A DNA stretch of 64,000 bases, from positions 312,377 through 376,376 of the forward strand of contig CAYGJA010000001.1 in the NCBI GenBank assembly GCA_964350165.1, in the 5' to 3' direction. The notes under the pieces are model-generated. The model was not told the DNA's origin. It did not search any database and was given only the letters and a program-made list of their open reading frames with translations. Both the position numbers and the translations under genes were made by a program. This document shows positions 48,613-57,015 of this stretch, piece by piece (the stretch's first letter is position 1; each line of letters opens with the position of its first letter). This DNA is from an uncultured Candidatus Saccharibacteria bacterium. GTDB taxonomy: Bacteria > Patescibacteriota > Minisyncoccia > Phycocordibacterales > UBA1006.

Positions 48613-49556
48613 TACTTAAGTTTTTGTTGTTTTTGAAGAAAAAGTTGTGCATTTTTTACAATTTGATCGAATCCGTTCGTAATAAAGTTGGATAGATCAA
48701 AACTTCCTACGTAGCCCATGGGAATATCAAAATTTCCATCCCCAATGGCTGTATCGTCATACATTTCGTCCTGAAGGCCTGATTTGTAGACCTCCCAACA
48801 TTTGTATGGCAGGTTCTCGGCTATTACGTCAGACCATTTCGTAAGGACAATTAGCTCCAGCAGAATCAGCGGTAGGTCACTCTGGGCAACAATTACCAAT
48901 AACTCTTCTGGATGAGCAAATTGACCATTGATCAGATCACTAATCAGCGAATACTTCTGAATCAATGACCAGCCCATGCTAGCGCCAGGTCGTGAAAAGG
49001 CAGTTCCTAAGATTGGATACTTTCCATCCATGTGATCACCAAAACGATAGAAAATGTTTTGATGCACATATGCCTCATCACAGATTGCATCCCAGGCGGT
49101 GTCGAGTGGATCAAACCAATCACCATCCTGATAAGTCTCGGGAAGGATTAAATCCCCCTGATCCATTACCTCCAGGCGATTATCGTGTTGAAATACAACA
49201 TTGATACCTTTCTCTTGGAATATGGCTACCAACAGCCCAGCAGTATCCTTGATCCGTCTGGTTTTCTCGGTGTAGAGAATACGAATTGTATTCTTTCCAG
49301 ATGCCCCCAGTTTGGACAGTACCTTGTCCGCCGTGGTCATCAGTAACTTATCCTGACCAGGAACCAATGGTCCGTCTTGACCATAGGTTTTAAGAACGTT
49401 CTGGTCACTCAGGTGTCGAACGGTTAAGAATCTCATCTGTATTTGATTTTGTTTACAAAGTTCAGCTCCAAAGAAAACACTCCAGTGTGAAATGTTCTCT
49501 ACAAGAGAGGCGAAGGAATTGATCCTTCGCCTGCACTGTTTTTTGTTTCTTTTCAT
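48612..49556 (-). CDS. hypothetical protein (314 aa), first gene of the GT8/PIG-L operon
   Basis: ORF with ATG. No recognisable family. Confidence 0.45.
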   Translation of the reverse strand: MKRNKKQCRRRINSFASLVENISHWSVFFGAELCKQNQIQMRFLTVRHLSDQNVLKTYGQDGPLVPGQDKLLMTTADKVLSKLGASGKNTIRILYTEKTRRIKDTAGLLVAIFQEKGINVVFQHDNRLEVMDQGDLILPETYQDGDWFDPLDTAWDAICDEAYVHQNIFYRFGDHMDGKYPILGTAFSRPGASMGWSLIQKYSLISDLINGQFAHPEELLVIVAQSDLPLILLELIVLTKWSDVIAENLPYKCWEVYKSGLQDEMYDDTAIGDGNFDIPMGYVGSFDLSNFITNGFDQIVKNAQLFLQKQQKLK

Positions 49557-49626
49557 GGTCTATTCGCCGAGGCGAACTCCATATATGTTTTGCGTCCGGG
49601 CAAAGAAAAACCGGTGGACGTGATCA

Positions 49627-50448
49627 TTACTTAATCAGTTCTGACTTGATAAAGTCGAGAACTTCTTTCTGGTTGGGGTAGCCAACCCAGAAGGCTGACT
49701 CATTGGGCTTTCCGAGCCCCGCTCCACCGTTCCCTCCTTCGAACTTTTTCTTCAACGTTGCACAGAGTGCTCCGTTTCCGAAAAAGTTTACCTCTCCATC
49801 AGCCGAAAGAATCAGGAGGTTTTCATAGCTACCGTATAAACGGTCAGCCACGGTGGCGGATTTGGAGTGAGCCATCTTTACGATGGTCAGCCTAGCCTCG
49901 GTGACCGCTTCGGCGATGGCCCGCTCAGCCTCAACCTCATGCGCTGGAGTGATTCCTTGCGCCTGGCGATCGGCCTTGCGGACCGCTGCAATCTCCTGCG
50001 GCGACGCAAAAAGCGCCTCCATGGCGGGGATATACCCCGTGTCATTTGCAGCACTCAGCTCTACCATGCGGCGCATGGCTTCGCTGATTACCACATCAGA
50101 TGCGTAGTCTCGTAGGACTTGCATCACCGATGCCGCTTCCCAACTGTCACCTGCGTGATGATCCACGATGGAGATGTTTACCCGAAGCTGTTGGGATTGC
50201 TCCCAGGCTCCCGTCGCAGGAAAGCACTCTACAAAAACCACCTCCTCTATGGGAGTGCCGTTGTAGTAGTACTTCGAGAAGCCACTGACGACTTCTCTTA
50301 CCTCTAACTTCACATCAGCGGGGGCATAAAGGTGATTCCCCCAGTCGGTTTTTGGCTGGATAGTGAACTTCCCAGCCATGTTGAGGAGAGTTTTGATGAG
50401 GGTCATTTCCCCATCGTTTCCCCCAAGAACAAATAATTGCTTTTTCAT
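49627..50448 (-). CDS. hypothetical protein (273 aa); leftmost gene of the GC-richer block
   Basis: ORF with ATG. Compositionally distinct from upstream genes. Confidence 0.45.
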   Translation of the reverse strand: MKKQLFVLGGNDGEMTLIKTLLNMAGKFTIQPKTDWGNHLYAPADVKLEVREVVSGFSKYYYNGTPIEEVVFVECFPATGAWEQSQQLRVNISIVDHHAGDSWEAASVMQVLRDYASDVVISEAMRRMVELSAANDTGYIPAMEALFASPQEIAAVRKADRQAQGITPAHEVEAERAIAEAVTEARLTIVKMAHSKSATVADRLYGSYENLLILSADGEVNFFGNGALCATLKKKFEGGNGGAGLGKPNESAFWVGYPNQKEVLDFIKSELIK

Positions 50449-50499
50449 TTCATTTCGTTTTTCAAAGTTTTTTATCTGCCTGCATTATGCCACTTATTT

Positions 50500-50510
50500 G
50501 ACATATTGTC
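50500..50510. promoter_or_regulatory. palindrome GACA-TAT-TGTC ~100 nt upstream of the first TrmB-like regulator gene; candidate operator
   Basis: ttGACAtatTGTCc, followed by a second inverted repeat TACTGT-N5-ACAGTA. Confidence 0.35.
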
Positions 50511-50610
50511 CATACTGTGATTTACAGTACTAATTACACAAACGTGCTATTTTACAACACTTTTCCACAGTTTACTTGATTTTGTTAACCTAATATGTTA
50601 CATTTTTTAC

Positions 50611-51429
50611 ATGAAAAACGACAAAAACAGCAAAAAAACTACCAATCTCGCACCCAAAACCCTCGCTTGGCGGTTCCTGGACACCCTTTTGGACCTTGGT
50701 TTGGGTATCAGCGAAGCAAAAATCTATGAATTATTACTGGAAAAAGGCCCCATGAAAGCCAGCAGCATTGCCAAATACCTAGAACTGTCCCGCGTTATTA
50801 CCTATCGCCATCTGGGCGAGCTCGAAAAACAAGGTGTTGTAACCCGCAACGACCCCGACGGCGCCGTCAGCCTGTTTACTCCCGCTCATCCAGCCGAGCT
50901 AGCCCGGATTCTGGAACAAAAAAAAGCCCGTATTAGCCGGGCCGAACTGGAATTACAGCATCAATTGGGATCGATGGCGTCGCTCTATAACCTGGCCGGA
51001 GGCAAACCAAACGTGCGGTTTTTTGAAGGGAAAGAAGCCATCAGAGAAATCACAAGCGACTACCCTGTTCATGAAACCGAGATTCGTCAGTGGATGGACC
51101 TCGGCGCCACTCTTCCCCACATGGGAAAAGAAGTGATTTCGTATCTCAAAATCCGTATTAAAAAAGACATCACCAAACGAATGTTGGTGCCAGATAATCC
51201 CCAAAGTATTAGTTATGCAACAACCGGTTCACCAAAAACAGAATTTCGTATCACCAATACCACTAATCTTCCAACAGCCATCCAGGTATACGACAATACT
51301 GTCGCCATCCTTACCGTAACCGAGACCAGCGCGGTTGGCGTGATAATCCAGGACCCGGCGATTGCCACCACCATGAAAGCTATCTTTGATACCGCTTGGC
51401 TGGCGGCTACTCCGGCTCCGTCCAAGTAA
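50611..51429 (+). CDS. TrmB-like HTH transcriptional regulator
   Basis: Winged HTH (ISEAKIYELLLEKGPMKASSIAKYLELSRVITYRHLGELEKQGVV) and a TrmB-type C-domain (GKPNVRFFEGKEAIREI). Confidence 0.65.
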   Translation: MKNDKNSKKTTNLAPKTLAWRFLDTLLDLGLGISEAKIYELLLEKGPMKASSIAKYLELSRVITYRHLGELEKQGVVTRNDPDGAVSLFTPAHPAELARILEQKKARISRAELELQHQLGSMASLYNLAGGKPNVRFFEGKEAIREITSDYPVHETEIRQWMDLGATLPHMGKEVISYLKIRIKKDITKRMLVPDNPQSISYATTGSPKTEFRITNTTNLPTAIQVYDNTVAILTVTETSAVGVIIQDPAIATTMKAIFDTAWLAATPAPSK

Positions 51430-53404
51430 TCTCATGCACGGTGGCACCGGTGCCATGATAGTCTTCCGTGGTCTTGGTGATTTCAAAACCAAAAGTATCG
51501 AGATAATTCTGCAACATAGGATTCTCTGCATACACATCAGCCACAAAAGGCTTCTGGCTTCCCATATCAGCAATCACTTTTTTCAAAAGCTCGGACCCCA
51601 CTCGTGATCCTTGGATGGTTGGATTAACATTAAACGACGCCCCATACCACGCCCCCCCATCATCAATTACGCGCATAACTGCCAAGACATCCTCGCCCAT
51701 TTTTACGTACACAAACTTTTGCTCAGGATTCTCGGAGGCAAGTGCCTCGGCCAGTGTCCCTCGCCAATACTCCTTTAGTTTTTCGGGGTACTGCTCGGTA
51801 TTAGACTGATGCATGGTGCGGATTTGCTCCGCAAAATTATCTGATAAAGGCGGGGTTTCTTGCACCAGCTCCAACTGACTGAATTTTTCAAAATCAAAAC
51901 TCTCTTCTTTTACCAATTGGCGCGTCACTGCCCCCATGGCAAACACCGAGGACTTGGCCAAAGCAAGACGCTGAGCAAGTTCGCGTCCGATATCTTGGCA
52001 AGTTTCGTCAACGCATTCTTTTGCGGCTGCCCCATATTCCCTTAGCAAACGCACTCCCTGCGTGTACAGATGAAGCTTCACATCTTTTATTCTCTCTAGC
52101 GTAGAGTCAGGCTGATCTTGTAGTATCTCAGTCACCCCATCAACGGCCTCGACAATTGCTGCATACGTAGAAAAAATCTTTTCTACTGCTGGCTTTGGAA
52201 GTTTTTCTGAAATTGTAAGAATATGCTTGCCTGTTTGCTCATCTCCATGTGCCAACGCAAGAAAAGACTGGACCCCCTCTGTTCCATAATTATGTGCAAG
52301 CGCCTTAATCTGCTCGAAAGAAACGCCAGATGCATCTGGGTGCTGCTTGATAAATTGCAAAAACTGATATTGCGCCGGAAGTGACAAGTCAGCCAAGGAG
52401 ACCCTGAGCTCCACCTCGAGCCGTTCGCGCATTGGTTTAGAGAGGATATACGCAAAGTCATACATATCTTGATCTCTCAGAGAATCTTTTTGAGCAACAA
52501 CAGATACAAGCTCTTTTGAAATAGGCTGCATAGAAAGTTCTTTGGTGGCACGATACAGCCGACTCTGAGCCGTGCGCTTGGTAGGGATAGGAATGAATTC
52601 ACCACCCATATCAATATTTCCAAACTCAAACTTTTGTGGCGTATCAGTTGGAATACGTCCTGCTTCGATTTCTTGGGCCTGCTCAGAAAGCTTTACCGCC
52701 TTTTCTCTCGATTGACGATCAATCAAAAAAACCCGATGACTATTCACCCAGCCATAATGATTTCCAGAGAGCCTAAAAGGAGCAATATCCGCATGGATCT
52801 CCGTAGGTCCATTATCGGATTCTTTCTTCATGGCTATCAGTAAAGCTTCGGCGCGGAACTTTAACAGTGGTGACAGCTTGGGTTCGCTAAGAATGTCATC
52901 TACAAGCCAGTGCATGTTGCCAGTGCGAGCAGTAGGGTTGGGAGCACTGTGACTAGCACGATAAGCATTAAGTAGCGTGTCTAGGAGCATCCCTAAGCGA
53001 AAAAAATCACCCTCATCAACCAGCTCTTTCACTGCTTTCTCCGTGGCGTTATTATCAAACGTAAAACGATAACTAAAATTATGAGCCAACTCACCCAAAA
53101 GACGATGCTGCACGGTGTCCTCAGGCGCTATCTCTGATTGAAACAAGGCGTCAAGCATGGTTTGGGCCGACACCTTCTCCCGCAAATAGTTACGAATGTA
53201 TTGTGCCGCGAATAAGCGCTGATCTGTTTCCGGCAATGCCAGTGTGTGTAGATAGAGCTGATCTTTCTCGGCCGAATCAAGCCTATCTAATGTGCCAGCT
53301 ATTTCAGCTGCATCCATACCTTTGCATGTCTCAAAAATTACAGCCGGACTTCTTGCTTCTGGGCGCTCAGGTGGCGATGCGGGTGGTGTTTCGGGTTGAT
53401 GCAT
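51407..53404 (-). CDS. large hypothetical protein with C-terminal GNAT acetyltransferase domain (665 aa)
   Basis: C-terminal ~130 aa fit the GNAT fold (FVYVKMGEDVLAVMRVIDDGGAWYGASFNVNPTIQGSRVGSELLKKVIADM...FGFEI). The N-terminal ~500 aa are alpha-helical and unknown. Confidence 0.55.
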   Translation of the reverse strand: MHQPETPPASPPERPEARSPAVIFETCKGMDAAEIAGTLDRLDSAEKDQLYLHTLALPETDQRLFAAQYIRNYLREKVSAQTMLDALFQSEIAPEDTVQHRLLGELAHNFSYRFTFDNNATEKAVKELVDEGDFFRLGMLLDTLLNAYRASHSAPNPTARTGNMHWLVDDILSEPKLSPLLKFRAEALLIAMKKESDNGPTEIHADIAPFRLSGNHYGWVNSHRVFLIDRQSREKAVKLSEQAQEIEAGRIPTDTPQKFEFGNIDMGGEFIPIPTKRTAQSRLYRATKELSMQPISKELVSVVAQKDSLRDQDMYDFAYILSKPMRERLEVELRVSLADLSLPAQYQFLQFIKQHPDASGVSFEQIKALAHNYGTEGVQSFLALAHGDEQTGKHILTISEKLPKPAVEKIFSTYAAIVEAVDGVTEILQDQPDSTLERIKDVKLHLYTQGVRLLREYGAAAKECVDETCQDIGRELAQRLALAKSSVFAMGAVTRQLVKEESFDFEKFSQLELVQETPPLSDNFAEQIRTMHQSNTEQYPEKLKEYWRGTLAEALASENPEQKFVYVKMGEDVLAVMRVIDDGGAWYGASFNVNPTIQGSRVGSELLKKVIADMGSQKPFVADVYAENPMLQNYLDTFGFEITKTTEDYHGTGATVHEITWTEPE

Positions 53405-54091
53405 ACGTCAATTATACCAGCAGATATTTAATTATAGGGAAGGATTCTATTGCTTTTTTATTTCTGTTTCCATTTAGATGGAGTCGCAGAGGGTCTTGAA
53501 GCTATTTTCTGCATAAAAAAAAAAGAAGTCGCGACCAATTGGTAAACGACTTCTTCTATTATTTTTAAAAACCCCATTTCTCCGATTGCTCGGCGCCTTA
53601 TTGGGTTGTGAATAGTGTGCCTGGGCTTGGTACGAAAGAACCTATTTATTCAGCATCACCGCGGCATGCTCCAGGGCAAGCTCCCTGCTAGGATAGACGG
53701 CAAAGAAGCCTGTGGAGTGAGGCGCGGTCCGAAACCCAACGCCATCACTCCTCGGCATTCTCTTACTTCATATCGAATGCCCAAAATAGTTTATCCTGTA
53801 ATTTTTATCAAAGAACGAACTTTCGATGAGGGTTCAAGCTTGCTCAAACCCTCAAAAAAAAGGGCGAAGCTAATTTATAACCTCGCCGAATCATTTTTTT
53901 CTGAAGACACATTTCGGCCTAACATATATTTGTGCGTACACAAATGCGGCCTTCTTCAGGAGAGCGCTTTACGCCCTCGATGTGTCTATCTTGCCGGGAT
54001 CATGTCAGTGATTCCACCTGTTGCCAGTCCGTACTTGATTCGGGAGTGACAATGTCTGGGCTGACGTACGTAATCCAAGTTGTCGGCAATT

Positions 54092-54664
54092 TTAGTGTAT
54101 CATCCAGGTGCGGTCTGACTGTTCGCCACACTCATAATTCCCCGTGACAGGATTATAGGTGTAGAAGGTCAGATCAAAGCTGAGTCCAGTAAGTTTTCCA
54201 ATATGGAACCCTAAATACTGGGGACCTTGAAGGAAAAGGTGGATTTTGCAGTGCTGATGTTGGTTAATCAACCTAACTGCTTCAACTACCATTTTCTTCA
54301 TGTCAGAATCAGTGAGATCGCTTCGTCCAAGCAACACTTGGGCATCAACAATATCATCTGGTTCAATCCCGGCTCCGAGTACGGACTTCATTGCCTGAAC
54401 GACAGGTCGGCTTACCTTAACGATTAGAACGTAATCATTATTGGTAGCCTTTTTGGCATAAGCTTTTTTCTTTTCCTTCTCGGTAAAGACAAAAGCTCTT
54501 GCCAGTGCGCCGATAGTACCTCCCGAAAGACCCGGCTCGAGGATAGTTCCCCATAAGCCTTGCCATCCATCAAAGATCCAGACTACGGCGACCATAATGA
54601 TAAAGCCAGCGATACCCCAAACCAAAATGGAGAGGTTTTTTTTAATCATATTTAAAATAGCCAT
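54092..54664 (-). CDS. hypothetical membrane protein (two N-terminal TM helices plus ~130-aa cytoplasmic domain)
   Basis: ATG at 54662-54664 (MAILNMIKKNLSILVWGIAGFIIMVAVVWI...). The track GTG start adds 15 aa. Confidence 0.45.
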   Translation of the reverse strand: MAILNMIKKNLSILVWGIAGFIIMVAVVWIFDGWQGLWGTILEPGLSGGTIGALARAFVFTEKEKKKAYAKKATNNDYVLIVKVSRPVVQAMKSVLGAGIEPDDIVDAQVLLGRSDLTDSDMKKMVVEAVRLINQHQHCKIHLFLQGPQYLGFHIGKLTGLSFDLTFYTYNPVTGNYECGEQSDRTWMIH

Positions 54665-55013
54665 GGTAAATGTATTTATTGAGTTGAGAAAAGTAACACT
54701 CTCGATCACTCAAGATCATTACTTTTCCCAACTCGCACCAATGGCACAAGAATGTAAAGAACTATCTGCTTTCATCCTTTTGGAATCATCAGTCAGGATA
54801 CACATCCTGATAGCAGCCGGGCTAATGAAATTCATTAGGACCCGGACAAGAATTTTTGTAGTGTCAGCCAGGCCGCTTGCGCGGGGGCGACGGGATCGAA
54901 AACTCTTTCTGCTTCTTTGAAGTAGGTGGACTATCTGTACCCATGTTTTGCAACAGTGCTACTAGCTTTCGCATTCGCAGTGGAGCAAAAATGGAGATAA
55001 ATTCACCAAGTTG

Positions 55014-55892
55014 TTACTTCAAAAGTTTTTCCAGCTCTTCGCGGCTGGGCGCGTCGGCCGGCAGGTCAGCCAGGACCCGGTTAGCCAAGTCTCGGGCGAC
55101 AACGAGAGGCGCACCAACCAGCTTGATCTCCTTGCCTCGTTGACGCTCGGCTTGGAGGTCAATGATCTCAGCGACCTCGAATGGGGCTCCGCGCTCTTTT
55201 GCGGCGCATCGGACCAGATTAGGCCAGGCGCCAGCCAGGCGGTACACGACCATGGTGTGAAGGACCGTCAATGCCCCAAGACCGGAATGGTACAGCAATA
55301 CTCGACCGGACTCCCAGTCGGCCACCGTGATTCCAACGGCATTGGCCTTTTCCAGAATCACGTCGATGATCTTGTTTTTACCCTCGCCGGCAATCGCCTT
55401 GTTGTCTATGGTGTTGATGGGGTTTACCCATTGACCATCGACGTTTTCAGCGAAATTTACAGGCTGGACAGGTAGACCACCGGGTAGACGTTCGCCCAGC
55501 TGCTGAAGAGCTAGCTGGCTGAGCGGATGACCCGTGACCAGTACGTAGTACTTTCCGGTCAATTCGCCCTGGAGACGTTGCGGACGATAGTTCCGGGTGA
55601 TATTGTGACCCCAATCATTGAGATCAACAAATACCGGATCGGTACCTGGCGTACACATCCCCGCTGCCTTGGGAAGCCCCCAACGGAGCTCGCCCTGGGC
55701 GATCAAGGTCACAGCAGCATGACCCTGGCCCGGCAGGACCAGCTTTTCAGCGGCCTTGATTTCAGCGCCGTGTTCGGCGATATAGGCAGCGACCAGTTCA
55801 GGCATGCTGGCGTCGAGGGTGGGAGGGGTGTTCATTGTGTGTGTCAGTACACCTGCTCCAGAAAACTGACTGCAAGAAAATACATTTGCCAT
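55014..55892 (-). CDS. hypothetical protein (292 aa), very GC-rich (~60%)
   Basis: ORF with ATG. No recognisable family. Confidence 0.4.
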   Translation of the reverse strand: MANVFSCSQFSGAGVLTHTMNTPPTLDASMPELVAAYIAEHGAEIKAAEKLVLPGQGHAAVTLIAQGELRWGLPKAAGMCTPGTDPVFVDLNDWGHNITRNYRPQRLQGELTGKYYVLVTGHPLSQLALQQLGERLPGGLPVQPVNFAENVDGQWVNPINTIDNKAIAGEGKNKIIDVILEKANAVGITVADWESGRVLLYHSGLGALTVLHTMVVYRLAGAWPNLVRCAAKERGAPFEVAEIIDLQAERQRGKEIKLVGAPLVVARDLANRVLADLPADAPSREELEKLLK

Positions 55893-56148
55893 AACAAATT
55901 TTGGTTTAATGATTCAACAATATATTGCTCACCAAACACCAATACTCTGATGTCCGAAGAGCAATATACTGCTTCACCAAAAAACCTTTACCTGCCATGA
56001 CATTGCAGAAAGAGTTTTCGATATGGAAAGAACGGGAGTAGTAGTCTGCGTGAATAATAGCACTTTTTAGTCAACTTGTCAAGTCTATACAAATACAACT
56101 ATTTGTTGCGACATTACGGAAAAAGACACGTTCTGTCTAGCAATCATC

Positions 56149-56159
56149 GACATTTTGTC
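56149..56159. promoter_or_regulatory. palindrome GACA-TTT-TGTC with adjacent TATAAT, ~70 nt upstream of the second TrmB-like gene; candidate operator/promoter
   Basis: cGACAtttTGTCa tttTATAATcc. A second GACA-N5-TGTC lies at 56125-56137. Confidence 0.35.
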
Positions 56160-56225
56160 ATTTATAATCCACAAAATATTTATTTTTTTGAAAAACCGGC
56201 TTTTTCTGTGCTATTTTGTAGGTAT

Positions 56226-57011
56226 ATGACTGACAATTTAGATAGTAATCCAAATTACCAGCACCTGCTTTCTGTTGGATGCTCCCCATTAGAGGCAGAG
56301 CTATATTTGCGCCTCCTATCTCGCCCACTGGAACGGGCCAGTAGTCTCGCAAAATCAACCAACGCCGGACGGACAAACGTCTACTATGCCCTGGATCAGC
56401 TCGAATCCATGGGCCTGGTAGCCAAAATCGACAAACCCGGTCAGGTGGCGCGCTATACCGCCACCAAACCCAAGCAAGCATTTGGCAACCTGAAATCAGC
56501 CACCAAACAGGCTTCGGATGCAAAAATTGACGCCTTGGACAGCCTTATTGGTTCCTTGCAGAGCCAATACAATTACCTGCGCGGCGAACCAAACGTGCGC
56601 TTTTTTGAGGGGCTCTCCGGACTCGAACAGCTGTATACCGATATCTTACGCGAAGGCGAGGACATACTCTTATTTCGGTCTCATCTTGATAACGATATCC
56701 CAGGACTGCGAAAGCTCGTAGCAAATCAAATACAAGAACAGGTGAGAAAGCGGATTCATACCCGTGCGCTGGTGCCTACCTATGCTGGCGGGCATCGTCG
56801 GGATATAGTCACCGAAGACAAAGAGCGACTCGTTGAGCGCCGGTCTCTGCCCCGTGACAAATTTCTACTACCCGCCCAAATCATTGTCTATAGCAACAAG
56901 GTTGGCATAACCACCTTTGACGACCTGTCAGGAACGACGATTATCGAAAATCCTGTTATTGCCACTACGCTTCGAGTGCTCTTTGATTTGTTGTGGGAAT
57001 TTGGAGATTAG
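56226..57011 (+). CDS. TrmB-like HTH transcriptional regulator (paralog of 50611-51429)
   Basis: LEAELYLRLLSRPLERASSLAKSTNAGRTNVYYALDQLESMGLVAK and GEPNVRFFEGLSGLEQL match the same positions as the first copy. Start re-set to the ATG at 56226. Confidence 0.6.
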   Translation: MTDNLDSNPNYQHLLSVGCSPLEAELYLRLLSRPLERASSLAKSTNAGRTNVYYALDQLESMGLVAKIDKPGQVARYTATKPKQAFGNLKSATKQASDAKIDALDSLIGSLQSQYNYLRGEPNVRFFEGLSGLEQLYTDILREGEDILLFRSHLDNDIPGLRKLVANQIQEQVRKRIHTRALVPTYAGGHRRDIVTEDKERLVERRSLPRDKFLLPAQIIVYSNKVGITTFDDLSGTTIIENPVIATTLRVLFDLLWEFGD

Positions 57012-57015
57012 CGCC

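Noticed and set aside
53615-54049. 144-aa plus-strand ORF in the spacer between the GNAT-fusion gene and the 2-TM gene
   Set aside because: No start context, Arg/Pro/Cys-rich unstructured translation, and no motif. Treated as non-coding; the region may hold structured RNA instead.
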